Shown here piece by piece: positions 14,539 through 25,498 of a DNA stretch of 64,000 nt. Numbering within the stretch: the first letter of the stretch is position 1; each line of letters opens with the position of its first letter. The stretch spans positions 60,703-124,702 of the forward strand of contig JAYSQD010000111.1 in NCBI GenBank assembly GCA_043721835.1, in the 5' to 3' direction. Made by a program: the position numbers and the translations under genes. The notes below the pieces were generated by a model. It made no database searches. It was not told the origin of the DNA and worked only from the letters and a program-made list of their open reading frames with translations. Source of the DNA: Arenimonas sp. GTDB taxonomy: Bacteria > Pseudomonadota > Gammaproteobacteria > Xanthomonadales > Xanthomonadaceae.

Positions 14539-15192
14539 ATGAGCCAAGCTTTAATCCACTTAACCGAACCCCTTAGCCCGCCACGCATCGGCGGCATAGC
14601 CAGCGCCATGGCCATGCATGTGGCCGCTTTTATGCTGCTGATGGCACCGATGAGCTATGTGCCGCCGATGGCTGATGTGCAGGAGCAGATTTTTGTGCCG
14701 GAATTTATAAAGCCGATCGTGCCAGTGACTCCGCTTCCACCTGTCATTAATATCATTCGTAAACCTGAGGTAGTGCCTTTAGTGAGAACCCCATCGACCA
14801 CCACCAAGGTCGAGATTCCCACGGTTGTTGTGGCTGACGGTGGCGAGATGGATATTCCCTACGTCGAGACTACAATACCTGAAGTTATTGGCACTCCGTT
14901 CCAACCACCTAGCGGCCCAATTAGCTTGAGCACGGAATATGCACCTGCACCAAATTACCCACCGCTATCCATACGTAATGGCGAAGAAGGTACGGTATTG
15001 TTGCTGGTCAAAGTCGATGCTACCGGCAAGCCCATTGACGTCACACTGAAGAAAAGTAGCGGCTATCGCGAGCTTGATAAAAATGCCATGAAACACGTGT
15101 TGGCAACTTGGCGTTTTCATCCGGCCATGTATCAGGGCATCGCAATTCCTGCGCTGGCCCTGGTGCCGGTAAATTACAAGATTAATGAGTGA
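14539..15192 (+). CDS. TonB family energy transducer (C-terminal domain protein)
   Basis: It has an N-terminal TM segment, a Pro-rich spacer and the TonB_C signature YPPLSIRNGEEGTVLLLVKVDATGKPIDVTLKKSSGYRELDKNAMKHV..WRFHPA. Confidence 0.8.
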   Translation: MSQALIHLTEPLSPPRIGGIASAMAMHVAAFMLLMAPMSYVPPMADVQEQIFVPEFIKPIVPVTPLPPVINIIRKPEVVPLVRTPSTTTKVEIPTVVVADGGEMDIPYVETTIPEVIGTPFQPPSGPISLSTEYAPAPNYPPLSIRNGEEGTVLLLVKVDATGKPIDVTLKKSSGYRELDKNAMKHVLATWRFHPAMYQGIAIPALALVPVNYKINE

Positions 15193-15270
15193 ATAATGGT
15201 GGCGCTGGTGATGGGCATCAGCGCTATTTAGCGTTAACATGATTTCCGCTTTCACTTATGCTGGAGCATC

Positions 15271-16017
15271 ATGGTGCGCATTTTTATTGTTGTCGTATCG
15301 GCGGCTTTATCATTCTCGCTGGTTGGCATTACTCATGCTGACTCTTTGGGCTCAAAGATTGAGCAGCAGTTAAAAAAACAAAATAATTCCAATTATACGA
15401 ACACTAACGTCAGCCAAGCCGAAGCCGCAGGCGGCATTAAAGAAGCCATGGCGCAAGGTGTAAAGCGTGCCATTACGCAACTAGGCCGCGAAGATGGTTT
15501 TAATAATGATCCAGTTGTGCGCATTTTAGTGCCAAAGCAAATGCGAAAAATCGCTGATATGGCACGCCAGTTAGGCGCCGGAAAAAAAGTTGATCAATTT
15601 GAATTATCGATGAACCGCGCTGCTGAAAAAGCGATACCTGCTGCCGCCGATATTTTTGCCGATGCAGTACGCCAAATGACCGTGCAAGACGCCATCAATA
15701 TTGTGCGTGGCAATGAAGATGCCGGCACGCAATTTTTTCGTCGAGTAACGGAAGAGAAACTGCGGGCAAAATTTATGCCGATTGTTGCCGATGCCACTGC
15801 AAAAACCGGCGTGACAAAACGCTACAATGAAATGTCCGGTAAAAATTCCGGAATAACAAAATTACTGGGCGGCGGTGAATCGATTGATCTTGATCGCTAC
15901 GTTACCGATAAATCCATGGATGGCTTGTATCACTATGTCGCCGAACAGGAAAAAGATATTCGCAAAAATCCGCTGAAACAAAGCAGCAGTTTGTTGCGGA
16001 AGGTTTTTGGCAGGTAG
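15271..16017 (+). CDS. DUF4197 domain-containing secreted protein
   Basis: Signal peptide plus GIKEAMAQGVKRAITQLGREDGFNNDPVVRILVP...MNRAAEKAIPAAADIFADAVRQMTVQDAINIV, as I recall for DUF4197. Confidence 0.7.
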   Translation: MVRIFIVVVSAALSFSLVGITHADSLGSKIEQQLKKQNNSNYTNTNVSQAEAAGGIKEAMAQGVKRAITQLGREDGFNNDPVVRILVPKQMRKIADMARQLGAGKKVDQFELSMNRAAEKAIPAAADIFADAVRQMTVQDAINIVRGNEDAGTQFFRRVTEEKLRAKFMPIVADATAKTGVTKRYNEMSGKNSGITKLLGGGESIDLDRYVTDKSMDGLYHYVAEQEKDIRKNPLKQSSSLLRKVFGR

Positions 16018-16023
16018 TCCAAC

Positions 16024-16051
16024 TGTAGGAGCGAGCTCTGCTCGCGATTGG
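16024..16051. repeat. REP-like palindromic element (tgtaggagcGAGCtctGCTCgcgattgg)
   Basis: Intergenic GC palindrome between convergent genes. It is related in style to the elements at 44873, 45026 and 59364-59493. Confidence 0.6.
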
Positions 16052-16053
16052 TT

Positions 16054-16323
16054 TTATCGCAGCAACAAAACTACGCAATAAATAGCGGCGGCAAAGCCGA
16101 CCAGCGTGGTAAAAAAGCAGGTCAATATAGCGCTGTACAAAGCAAAACGGCTCATCCAGCGCTGACGCGAAGTCAGCGTGTGGTAATGGGTGCCAAACGC
16201 GGTACCCGATGCCAGTGCGAACATGCCCGAGAATGCCGCCGAACCTGTCATCACAAAGGCCACAATCAGCCACACCCACCAGATCGCGGCGATCTCTTGC
16301 AGGAATGCTATTGCTTGCGTCAT
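16054..16323 (-). CDS. Small integral membrane protein, unknown function
   Basis: 89 aa with three hydrophobic spans, starting 4 nt downstream of the tkt stop on the same strand. Confidence 0.5.
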   Translation of the reverse strand: MTQAIAFLQEIAAIWWVWLIVAFVMTGSAAFSGMFALASGTAFGTHYHTLTSRQRWMSRFALYSAILTCFFTTLVGFAAAIYCVVLLLR

Positions 16324-16327
16324 GGCC

Positions 16328-18328
16328 TTACAGCGCCTTTACGGCGGCGACAGCGGCATCCACCGTAATGCCGAAGTATTTATAAAGTGCCTCAATGGGT
16401 GCCGATGCACCAAAGCTGTCGATGCCAATCACCGCGCCATCAAGGCCGACGTACTTGCGCCAGAAATCGGTGACACCCGCTTCAATGGCCACACGTTTGC
16501 GACAAGCCGCTGGCAGTACCGATTCACGATAGGCTTGGTCTTGTTTGTCGAAGGTATTGGTACTTGGCATTGATACCACGCGCGCCTTGATACCCTGGGT
16601 ATCGAGTTGTTTTGCGGTTTGCATCGCCAGCTCAACCTCGGAACCAGTCGCAATAATAATGACATCGAAGTTCGCCACATCATGCAAAACATAAGCGCCA
16701 CGTTCAATATTGGCAACCTGTTTTTCATCACGAATTTGATGGGCAAGATTTTGACGCGAGAAAATCAAGCAGGTCGGACCATCTTTGCGTTCAATCGCTT
16801 TCTTCCAACTAACCGCCGATTCAACTGCATCGCAAGGACGCCATAAATCATTGTTCGGGATATAACGCAACGAGGCCATATGTTCGACCGGCTGATGCGT
16901 CGGGCCGTCTTCACCCAGACCAATCGAGTCGTGAGTAAACACATGAATGCTGCGTGCAGGAATTAATGCCGACATCCGCAAGGCATTGCGCGAGTAATCC
17001 GAAAACACCAGAAATGTTGCATCGTAGGGCAGGAAGCCGCCATGCAATGCAAGGCCATTGCTGATCGCGCTCATGCCAAATTCGCGAACACCGTAATACA
17101 CGTAGTTGGCATCGGCATCGCTGGAAGTAACCGATTTGCTGCCTTTCCATAAGGTGAGATTCGAGTGTGCAAGATCGGCCGAACCGCCGATCAATTCCGG
17201 CAATAATGGCGCAAAGGTTTCAATCGCCATTTGCGAGGCTTTACGCGAGGCCACGACCGGGCCTTCGATTTGCAGCTTGGCTATATAGGCATCGGCATCA
17301 TCGGCAAACGTTTCCGGTAACACACCGTGCGAGCGTCGGGTTAATTCCAAGGCTTCTTTTGGAAACACATCTGCATATTTATCGAACAGTCGGTTCCATT
17401 GTTCTTCGCGCACCAAACCAGTATTGCCTGCGCGCCAACCGGCATAAATTTCTTCGGGAATTTCAAAAGCGGCATACGGCCAATTCAATTGTTTGCGAGT
17501 GGCTTCAACTTCTTCTTTACCCAGCGGTGCACCGTGTGCCGATTCTTTACCGGCTTTATGCGGTGAGCCAAAACCAATGGTGGTACGGCAGCAAATTAAG
17601 GTTGGCTTATGGGTTTCTGCTTGCGCGGTTTTAATCGCCTGGATAATTTCATCGCTATCGTGGCCGTCAACGCCGCGAATAACTTGCCAGCCATAGGCTT
17701 CAAAACGGGCGGGCGTGTTATCGGTGAACCAGCCGTCAGTATTGCCGTCAATCGAAATTTTATTATCGTCCCAGAAGCAGGTTAATTTTCCCAAACCCCA
17801 AGTACCGGCGAGCGAAGCCACTTCATGTGAAATACCTTCCATCAAACAACCATCACCCAAAAATACCCAGGTGTTGTGATCAACGATTGAAAATTCCGGG
17901 CGATTAAAACGCTGCGCCAATAATTTTTCCGCCAAGGCAAAACCTACTGCGTTTGCCAAGCCCTGCCCCAGCGGACCGGTAGTCGTTTCAATGCCGGGTG
18001 TTTCGCTGGCTTCTGGATGCCCGGCCGTTTTTGAATGCAATTGGCGGAATTTTTTCAATTCTTCCATCGGCAAGTTATAGCCGGACAAATGCAAGAGTGC
18101 GTAATGCAGCATTGAGCCGTGCCCGTTAGACAGCACAAAGCGGTCTCGGTTAAACCACTTCGGGTTATTCGGGTTATGACTGTAGAAGTCGTTCCAAAGC
18201 ACTTCAGCGATATCGGCCATGCCCATCGGCATGCCGGGATGCCCGGATTTGGCGGCTTCTACGGCATCAATAGCAAGAAAGCGGATGGCATTGGCGAGTT
18301 CGCGGCGAGTTGGCTGGGTAGTCGGCAT
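16328..18328 (-). CDS. tkt: Transketolase
   Basis: 666 aa with N-terminal [38 protein letters not shown] and the ThDP motif [12 protein letters not shown]. Confidence 0.97.
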   Translation of the reverse strand: MPTTQPTRRELANAIRFLAIDAVEAAKSGHPGMPMGMADIAEVLWNDFYSHNPNNPKWFNRDRFVLSNGHGSMLHYALLHLSGYNLPMEELKKFRQLHSKTAGHPEASETPGIETTTGPLGQGLANAVGFALAEKLLAQRFNRPEFSIVDHNTWVFLGDGCLMEGISHEVASLAGTWGLGKLTCFWDDNKISIDGNTDGWFTDNTPARFEAYGWQVIRGVDGHDSDEIIQAIKTAQAETHKPTLICCRTTIGFGSPHKAGKESAHGAPLGKEEVEATRKQLNWPYAAFEIPEEIYAGWRAGNTGLVREEQWNRLFDKYADVFPKEALELTRRSHGVLPETFADDADAYIAKLQIEGPVVASRKASQMAIETFAPLLPELIGGSADLAHSNLTLWKGSKSVTSSDADANYVYYGVREFGMSAISNGLALHGGFLPYDATFLVFSDYSRNALRMSALIPARSIHVFTHDSIGLGEDGPTHQPVEHMASLRYIPNNDLWRPCDAVESAVSWKKAIERKDGPTCLIFSRQNLAHQIRDEKQVANIERGAYVLHDVANFDVIIIATGSEVELAMQTAKQLDTQGIKARVVSMPSTNTFDKQDQAYRESVLPAACRKRVAIEAGVTDFWRKYVGLDGAVIGIDSFGASAPIEALYKYFGITVDAAVAAVKAL

Positions 18329-18426
18329 GGGCGGCTCATTCAGATAAGGGCTGCCCAGATCGTCGGGCAGCCTATTTTCTCAGAGACCGACGCAGATGTC
18401 GCGATTGATTTAGCAAACCTTGAATG

Positions 18427-19752
18427 CTAGCTCTGGATTTCATCGACAACGGCCAGTTCGGCCTCTCCACTGCGCTTCGATACCACCACGGCGGTCGCTA
18501 AATCGCCAGTTACATTCAACGAAGTCCGGCACATATCCAGGAAGGTATTCACGCCCAGAATAATGCCGATGCCTTCGGGTTTCAGGCCGATAATGCCGCA
18601 AATCATGGCAATTACCGGCAAAGAACCTGAGGGAATACCCGCGGTACCGATGCCGCCTAGAATACATAGGCCGAGTACCATCACTTGCTGCGTCAAAGGC
18701 AAATGCAAGCCTGACACCTGTGCCAAAAATAAAACCGTAATGCCTTCAAATAAAGCCGTGCCGTGATGATTGGCAGAAGCGCCAACGGTCAAAACGAAAC
18801 GTGATACTTTGCGCGGTAATTTTAAATTTTCTTCGGCGACTCGCAAAGTTACCGGCAAAGTTGCGGCCGATGAGGCCGTTGCAAAGGCCGTTAATATGGC
18901 TTCCTGGCTGTCGCGAAAGAACGAACGCGGCGACATGCCGCCCATTATTTTCACCCATAGTGGCAAGACAATAAACCCGTGAATTGCCAGCGCTATTAAA
19001 ACCGTTGCCACGAAATACGCCAGGCCTTTCAGCACATCCCAGCCTAAGTTGGCGCACAAGATAAACATGAAGCAAGCGACGGCATACGGCGCCAGCTTAA
19101 CAAACAAGCCAATCAAGCGCATGCATATTTCAAATAAACCCTGCAGTGCATTTTTAAACGCTTGTGTCGCTGGCGATGGCGTCATCACCAAACCAATACC
19201 AAACATCAGCGCAAAAAACACCACGCCCAGTTTTTGTTTATCGTCAATTGCAGCGGCAAGCAAATTTTTCGGAACAATATTAATCAGCAGATCCATGAAG
19301 TTCATCTGCTGCCCGGACGCCACAATTTCTCCCGTCTTGCTGGCGTATTGCTCCATTGCCTTAGCGACGAGCGCTTGATCCAAGTGCAAGCCCGGCTGGA
19401 TTAAATTCACCATCAATAAACCAATGGCGACGGCAATACCAGTCATTGTGGCAGTGTAAATCAAGGTGCGCCAACCTAATCGCCCTAAACTTGCGATATC
19501 ACCTAATTCAGCAACGCCCAAAACCAAAGCTGAAAACATCAGCGGTATTACCAGCATAAACAACAAATGCAAAAATATTTGACCGAAGGGGTTGGCGACA
19601 TAAGTGATGATGCCCTGCACCCGCGGGTCATCAGCACCGACATATTCATGCACAGCGATACCGATTAGCGCGCCTAGAATAAAACCAATCAGCACTTTTA
19701 TGTGCAGTGGAATGCCAGGTTTTTTTTCTGTCATTGCGGGTTGATTAGTCAT
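18427..19752 (-). CDS. Dicarboxylate/amino acid:cation symporter (DAACS/GltP family)
   Basis: 441 aa, polytopic, with family motifs such as AFATASSAATLPVT and GASANHHGTALFEGI. Confidence 0.9.
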   Translation of the reverse strand: MTNQPAMTEKKPGIPLHIKVLIGFILGALIGIAVHEYVGADDPRVQGIITYVANPFGQIFLHLLFMLVIPLMFSALVLGVAELGDIASLGRLGWRTLIYTATMTGIAVAIGLLMVNLIQPGLHLDQALVAKAMEQYASKTGEIVASGQQMNFMDLLINIVPKNLLAAAIDDKQKLGVVFFALMFGIGLVMTPSPATQAFKNALQGLFEICMRLIGLFVKLAPYAVACFMFILCANLGWDVLKGLAYFVATVLIALAIHGFIVLPLWVKIMGGMSPRSFFRDSQEAILTAFATASSAATLPVTLRVAEENLKLPRKVSRFVLTVGASANHHGTALFEGITVLFLAQVSGLHLPLTQQVMVLGLCILGGIGTAGIPSGSLPVIAMICGIIGLKPEGIGIILGVNTFLDMCRTSLNVTGDLATAVVVSKRSGEAELAVVDEIQS

Positions 19753-19761
19753 AGATAATCC

Positions 19762-21306
19762 TTATAGCGACGCAACGGGCTCATCGAGTGGCTCTCGATG
19801 TGGTTTTAACTCGCCTGATTTTAGCCGGGCAAAATAGGATTTCATTTCACGTTTAACGACAGGTGCCAGCAAATAAAGTCCGATGACATTGGGTACTGCC
19901 ATCAAGAAATAAATGGCATCCGAAAAATCTACCAACTTTTTGAAGTCCATCGTGCAACCGACAACAAGCAAAATTAAAAATACGAATTTATAAATTATCT
20001 CGACCCAGCGATTCTCACCGAATAAGTAAGTGGTTGCCTTCAACCCGTAATAGGAATAAGCAATCATGGTGGCAAATGCAAACATAAACACAATGACTGC
20101 CAACACATTCGGAAACCATGGCATCACTGTTGCAAACGCATTGGAAGTGAGCTCCACCCCATCGGCGCTGCCGCCTGGGCCAGCCACACCCGAGATCACG
20201 ATCATTAACGCAGTCATCGTGCACATCACCACGGTATCGATGAAGGGTTCCCATAAAGAAACCAGTCCCTCGGTAATCGGCTCTTTCGTCTTCACCGCCG
20301 AGTGGGCAATAGCTGCTGTGCCGATGCCTGCTTCGTTTGAAAAAGCTGCGCGACGAAAGCCCGTGAGCATGACGCCGATAACACCACCAGTGATGCCCAC
20401 TGCAGTAAATGCACCATTAAAAATGGTCATGATTGCATTAGGCAATTGCTGAATATGCGCACCAATAACCACAACACCTGCCAGCATGAAAATCGCTGCC
20501 ATGAAAGGGACTAGCTTGTCTGTCACCCGAGCGATACTTTTCATGCCGCCGATGATTACCATGCCCACAAGAACAGCGACTACAACGCCAAACATTGCGG
20601 CATTACCGGCAAGAAAACTGGCTTCACCGCCGCTGATAAATTTCAATTGTTGGTAGGCTGCATTGGCCTGAAACATATTGCCGGCACCAATGGCACCACC
20701 GATACAAAAAATGGCAAACAAGACGCCGAGTATTTTCCCGACCGGTGCCAATGCCGGATATTGCTGGGCAATGCCTTTGCTCAAGTAGTACATCGGGCCG
20801 CCGGATACCGTGCCATCAGGATTGTCATTTCGATACATGACACCCAATGTGCATTCGCAAAACTTTGCCGACATGCCAAGAATACCGGCGACAATCATCC
20901 AGAATGTTGCACCTGGACCGCCAATGGCAACGGCCAATGCAACGCCGGAAATATTTCCTAAGCCGACGGTGCCCGAAAGTGCTGTTGCTAATGCTTGAAA
21001 GTGACTAACTTCGCCAGGGCCGCGTGGGTCACTGTAATCTCCGCGAATAATTTTAAAGCCTTGCTTGAAGCCTCGCACATTGATGAAGTTGAAATAAAAC
21101 GTGCAAAACAAGGAAACCGTGATCAGCCAGAATAAAATCCAGGGAACGCTTTGCCCGAACATAGTGATCGGATAGAAAACTACCGTGGATACCGCGTCTG
21201 CTACCGGCTTCATTGCATTTGATAATTTTTCATCAATACCGGTCGCGTTACTTGCGCTGGCATAAAAAAACGTCAACAACGCGATTAGCGAAGTTCTTGC
21301 AGACAT
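19762..21306 (-). CDS. Alanine/glycine:cation symporter (AGCS family)
   Basis: 514 aa with the motifs FQALATALSGTVGLGNISGVA.AI..GGPGA.FWM and SNEAGIGTAAIAHSA. Confidence 0.9.
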   Translation of the reverse strand: MSARTSLIALLTFFYASASNATGIDEKLSNAMKPVADAVSTVVFYPITMFGQSVPWILFWLITVSLFCTFYFNFINVRGFKQGFKIIRGDYSDPRGPGEVSHFQALATALSGTVGLGNISGVALAVAIGGPGATFWMIVAGILGMSAKFCECTLGVMYRNDNPDGTVSGGPMYYLSKGIAQQYPALAPVGKILGVLFAIFCIGGAIGAGNMFQANAAYQQLKFISGGEASFLAGNAAMFGVVVAVLVGMVIIGGMKSIARVTDKLVPFMAAIFMLAGVVVIGAHIQQLPNAIMTIFNGAFTAVGITGGVIGVMLTGFRRAAFSNEAGIGTAAIAHSAVKTKEPITEGLVSLWEPFIDTVVMCTMTALMIVISGVAGPGGSADGVELTSNAFATVMPWFPNVLAVIVFMFAFATMIAYSYYGLKATTYLFGENRWVEIIYKFVFLILLVVGCTMDFKKLVDFSDAIYFLMAVPNVIGLYLLAPVVKREMKSYFARLKSGELKPHREPLDEPVASL

Positions 21307-21373
21307 ATTGTGACCCCCCGGAACTGTTGGCTGAGATTACACCAGTTTAAACTTGCCTGAAACGGCTAGTGTT

Positions 21374-22549
21374 TTATTTTAGTAATTCTTCCAGCGTTTG
21401 CGGCTTGCCAATCAAATAGCCTTGGGCATAATCACAGCCCAAATCACGCAGGGCTTGCAACATCGCTTCGGTTTCAATGCCTTCAACAACAATATCGGCA
21501 TCAATAGCTTTTGCCATCGCAACAATAGCCTTCACCAAGGCCATCGAGCGTGGGTGTTCCAGCATGGCTCTGGTAAACGCCTGGTCCACTTTCATGGTGT
21601 CGAAAGCGAGTCTATGCAAGTGAGTGAGATGCGAATATCCGGTGCCGAAATCATCTAGGGCGACTTTTATGCCATGGCTATGGCATAGCGAAATTACCTT
21701 TTCCACCATCTCGTAATTCAATGCCTGGCTTTCGGTAATTTCAACTTTTAAACTACCTTGTGGTAAACCAGCAGCATCCACTCTTGCGACAATGCGTTCG
21801 ATTAATCCCGGATGCGATAACTGTCGTGCAGAAACATTCACTGCAATAAATGGTTTGGGGTCGGCGCCGTGTTCGATAAATGTTTTTACTGCAGCGCAGG
21901 CGGTATCAAATACATATTCGCCCACGGGTACGATGAGTGAAGTTTCTTCTGCCAGGGCTACAAATTCTACTGGCGATATCGGCCCACGTTCTGGATGATT
22001 CCAGCGCACCAAGGCTTCATAGCCTGCAATTTTATTACTCTGCACGTGCAGCAATGGTTGATAGCGAACATCCAGCCCACCAGTGCTTAGCGCTTCGCGC
22101 AGTTGCGATTCGAGACGAATTTTTCCGATACCTAATTTCTCGGATCCACTGTCACTATCGCTTTTATGGACGGCTTTGCCTTGCATTGCCGCCAAAGCCC
22201 CTCGATAGCGCTTGAGCTGGCCTTCAAGCAAGGCCCGAATAATGGGGTCGGTACCCGCGAGCCGCTCGGAAATTTGGGTTTTATCAATTTGAAACAAGAC
22301 CGAGTCAGTCAAAGCAATAGCCGTCGCAGTACGCGGAGCATCATCAATAACCGCCATCTCGCCTAGCAAATCACCCGCCCCCAGCTTGCTAAGCACTAGC
22401 CGTTCACCGGCCTGATGTGTACTGATCTCAATTTCGCCCGATTCAATCAGGTAAGCCACGGTAGGTGGGTCACCCTCCCTGAACAGCACCTGGCCTTTTT
22501 CTAGAACTATGCGATCCATATTGGCACTCGAATATATGCGCGTGAACAA
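21374..22549 (-). CDS. Cyclic-nucleotide-binding domain / EAL phosphodiesterase protein
   Basis: The N-terminal cNMP-binding fold reads FREGD...YLIESGEIEIS...GDLLGEMA. The EAL domain reads GYEALVRW...EITES...DDFGTGYS...KVDQAF. The TTG start is at 22549 and the likelier ATG is at 22519. Confidence 0.88.
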   Translation of the reverse strand: MFTRIYSSANMDRIVLEKGQVLFREGDPPTVAYLIESGEIEISTHQAGERLVLSKLGAGDLLGEMAVIDDAPRTATAIALTDSVLFQIDKTQISERLAGTDPIIRALLEGQLKRYRGALAAMQGKAVHKSDSDSGSEKLGIGKIRLESQLREALSTGGLDVRYQPLLHVQSNKIAGYEALVRWNHPERGPISPVEFVALAEETSLIVPVGEYVFDTACAAVKTFIEHGADPKPFIAVNVSARQLSHPGLIERIVARVDAAGLPQGSLKVEITESQALNYEMVEKVISLCHSHGIKVALDDFGTGYSHLTHLHRLAFDTMKVDQAFTRAMLEHPRSMALVKAIVAMAKAIDADIVVEGIETEAMLQALRDLGCDYAQGYLIGKPQTLEELLK

Positions 22550-22570
22550 GCTATCTATATCTAACGTATT

Positions 22571-22601
22571 TTACAAAAAAACAAGGCCGCATATGCGGCC
22601 C
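22571..22601 (-). terminator. Rho-independent terminator downstream of pilQ
   Basis: A perfect 16-nt palindrome ggccgcatatgcggcc (22585-22600) is followed on the minus strand by TTGTTTTTTTG. Confidence 0.8.
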
Positions 22602-22627
22602 TGTTTGGGATGTAATAAACAAATCAA

Positions 22628-24967
22628 TCAATTACGGAATTCAGGAGGACTCAGCACCTGAGTCTGAGAACGTGCGGTTTGCAATACGCGAGGAGTCAAA
22701 AAAACCAATAGCTCTGCTTTGCTATCGCTCTTGCCCTTATTGCGAAAGAAGTTACCGAAGAATGGCAAATCACCAAGAAAAGGCACCTTCTTCACATCAT
22801 CGCGATTACGGAACTCGTAGACGCCACCAATCACTACTGTCTGAGCATTTTCTACCAAAACGGCCGTGTTAATTTCGCGCTTGGTAAAAGATGGAACAGA
22901 GCCAGCAGATGTTTGTGTGAATCCACTCACGTCGTCCTTCTTGATTGCAATGGTTAGATACACCCTGCCGTCTTGCGTGATTGTAGGAGTCACTTTTAAC
23001 TCTAGCAATGCCTCTTTAAATGCTACGGTTGAAGCAGCTTGCGAACCACTAGCACCAGGCGTAGACGTTACATAACCGATTTCTTGGCCCTGACGGATAA
23101 CTGCTTCACGTTGATTACTTGTGATGACCCGCGGATTAGCAACAATCTCGCCTCGACCCGATTGTTCCAGTGCCGAAAGCTCAACATCCAAAGCACCTGC
23201 GGCATTAAGCACCGAGAAAGCCAACGCACCCGCAGGGTTATTAACAGCGAGGTCGGTAATCAAGCCACGTGAAATGGTCGGAGCCAAAATCGCTGGTGGA
23301 GCAGCGTTTGGGTTGGTCAGCAAGGCATTTCGATATAGTTGTTGATTGTTGGCATTTTGCAATGCTACAGAGTTAATGGAGTTTATTGTAGAACTATTCG
23401 CGCCAAGACTGCCGCTCAAGTTGCCAGTATGACTATTGCCTTCATGCGGCGTGCTGACACCAAATCGAGCTCCAATTTCTTTAGCAAAACTTTGATCTGC
23501 AATCACAATACGAGCTTCGATCAGCACTTGATCCACTGGGCGATCCAAAATGGTCAAAAGTTCTTTTATTTCTTGAACTTTTTTAGGTATATCAATCACC
23601 AGCAATGTATTTGTACGAGTGTCGAAACTCACGCTGCCGCGTGGAGACAAAAATCCTTTCTGTTGCTGAGCACCACTACCTGAAGCGCCACCACTAGAAC
23701 TGCCCTTGCTGTTGTCTGTTAGCAATTTTGCAATATCTTCCGCGTTACCATAATTAATTGCTATGTATTCAGTGATAGTTTCAGCACGTGTTTCAAGTGC
23801 AATACGAGCATCTTCACGGGCTTGTTCATAGTCCGACAGTTCTTTCTGAGGACCAACCCAAACAACATTTCCGTCACGACGTTTGTCCAGAGACTTTGCA
23901 CGAAGAACTATTTCCAAGGCTTGGTCCCACGGCACATTGATCAGTCGAAGCGTCAGGTTTCCAGACACTGAATCAGATGCCACAATATTCAAATTGGACT
24001 CTTCTGCAATTAACTGCAACACAGTCCTGACTGGCACATCTTGAAAATTAAATGTTACTGGTTTTCCGCCATAACGCTGTGGGCTGGTGCTGTTTACAGC
24101 GCCGGCTGAGCGGCCTGATGCCACTTTATTAGAGGCTGCTTGGGCACTACGCTTAGGGCTGATTTCTATTACGTACTCATTGCCCGTTTGATAGGCCATT
24201 GAATCCGAATTACCCGCTGTATTGATCACCAAACGCGTACCACCAGCATTGGTATTTGGCTCTAAGCTCGATACTGGCGTTGCGAAATCAGAGACATCCA
24301 TCTTGCGGCGCAGTCTTTCAGGAAGTTGCGCATTGCTGACATCGACGACAATTTTATTGCCTTCGTTACGCATATCTGCGTTTGCCGCATCTCCATCAAA
24401 CTTCAGAATAATACGGCCAGCTCCGTTTTCCCCACGACGAAAATCAATATTAGAAACTGAAACCGTGTTTGCCGAACGCTTGGCTGGATCATTCCCAGAA
24501 GCCATTGCTGCTGATGCACCGCCTCCCTTGGAGCCAGCATCAACGGTAAGAACGAGGAGGTTTCCGTTACTGCGTGTGGTGTAACCAGCTGGCCTGAATA
24601 AATCAACTACCACTCTGGTTCTACCACCCGCCTCAGCTGCCGACACCGCCGATGTTGCACCTGCACCGATCGCTATACGACGAGCGCTAAGTCCATTGCT
24701 AGTGCCGGGCAGATCAATAGCAATCCGTGGTGGGCTATCGGTAGTAAAGGCTTGAACGTCACCTACCGGCTCGGCGAACTGCAAAGTAATATCTACTTTG
24801 CCGCCTGGCGCAGATGCGTATCGAACATCTTGGAGGACATTCGCGGCCATTGCGGGCATGACAACTACCAGCCCAAAAGCTAGTAGTGCCACGTTGATCA
24901 TCCATGCACGTGGCTTATTCATGCTCACTCCGTTGTTTGTCTTTGTGGTCATCATGCTATCCCCCAA
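22628..24967 (-). CDS. pilQ: Type IV pilus secretin PilQ
   Basis: 779 aa with a signal peptide, AMIN-type N-terminal repeats and a secretin C-terminus (VPFLGDLPFFGNFFRNK). It is the last gene of pilMNOPQ. Confidence 0.95.
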   Translation of the reverse strand: MGDSMMTTKTNNGVSMNKPRAWMINVALLAFGLVVVMPAMAANVLQDVRYASAPGGKVDITLQFAEPVGDVQAFTTDSPPRIAIDLPGTSNGLSARRIAIGAGATSAVSAAEAGGRTRVVVDLFRPAGYTTRSNGNLLVLTVDAGSKGGGASAAMASGNDPAKRSANTVSVSNIDFRRGENGAGRIILKFDGDAANADMRNEGNKIVVDVSNAQLPERLRRKMDVSDFATPVSSLEPNTNAGGTRLVINTAGNSDSMAYQTGNEYVIEISPKRSAQAASNKVASGRSAGAVNSTSPQRYGGKPVTFNFQDVPVRTVLQLIAEESNLNIVASDSVSGNLTLRLINVPWDQALEIVLRAKSLDKRRDGNVVWVGPQKELSDYEQAREDARIALETRAETITEYIAINYGNAEDIAKLLTDNSKGSSSGGASGSGAQQQKGFLSPRGSVSFDTRTNTLLVIDIPKKVQEIKELLTILDRPVDQVLIEARIVIADQSFAKEIGARFGVSTPHEGNSHTGNLSGSLGANSSTINSINSVALQNANNQQLYRNALLTNPNAAPPAILAPTISRGLITDLAVNNPAGALAFSVLNAAGALDVELSALEQSGRGEIVANPRVITSNQREAVIRQGQEIGYVTSTPGASGSQAASTVAFKEALLELKVTPTITQDGRVYLTIAIKKDDVSGFTQTSAGSVPSFTKREINTAVLVENAQTVVIGGVYEFRNRDDVKKVPFLGDLPFFGNFFRNKGKSDSKAELLVFLTPRVLQTARSQTQVLSPPEFRN

Positions 24968-25498
24968 TCAATTATCTTCTAGGGCTATTTTGGCTTGGCG
25001 TTCCAACCAACCGCCGGCCCCATCTGGTACAAGTTCTACAATCTCGATACGGTCTTCGTAAACAGCTGTTACCCGACCATCATTTTGTCCAAGGTAGTTC
25101 CCTGGTCTAATCCTGTAAGTAACTTTGTCAGGTGCAGTTACCAACCCAACCAAAGCTTTACCAGCACCGATAGTACCTGCCATATTCATGCTATCGAGTG
25201 GAAAGGCTTCAAGGACCTCTTTTCTGCGTTCAGGATCTGGCCTAGGGCCTGAGCCTTCGTTGCGATCCGGAACCGGCGGCGAGAATGGGTCACGCAAATT
25301 TTGAGCAGCGTATTCAAAACTCTCAAACTGCTGCATCACAGGAAGCGGTTGCAACGGCGGAGCAGGCTCTGCTTTGGTTTTAGCAACCCAAGTCTCTAGA
25401 TCTGATTGCCCCCGCGTACACCCGACGAGAACCAATAGCAGCGAAAGCGACAGCATGCTACGACTAATGACCTTACTGAGCTTGATCATATTGGTCAT
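24968..25498 (-). CDS. pilP: Type IV pilus assembly lipoprotein PilP
   Basis: 176 aa with the lipobox LLVLVGC, in the expected position between pilO and pilQ. Confidence 0.85.
   Translation of the reverse strand: MTNMIKLSKVISRSMLSLSLLLVLVGCTRGQSDLETWVAKTKAEPAPPLQPLPVMQQFESFEYAAQNLRDPFSPPVPDRNEGSGPRPDPERRKEVLEAFPLDSMNMAGTIGAGKALVGLVTAPDKVTYRIRPGNYLGQNDGRVTAVYEDRIEIVELVPDGAGGWLERQAKIALEDN

Noticed and set aside
16048-16573. Plus-strand ORFs 16048..16368 and 16190..16573 overlapping the small membrane gene and the tkt 3' end
   Set aside because: They lie antisense to a strongly supported transketolase gene. They encode Arg/His-rich sequence with no recognisable domain.
18349-18372. Hairpin ggctgccc-agatcgtc-gggcagcc between the DAACS transporter gene and tkt, considered as a terminator
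   Set aside because: The T-rich tract follows the hairpin only on the plus strand, where no gene ends. On the coding (minus) strand there is no U-run. Its function is unclear and it may be another REP-like palindrome.
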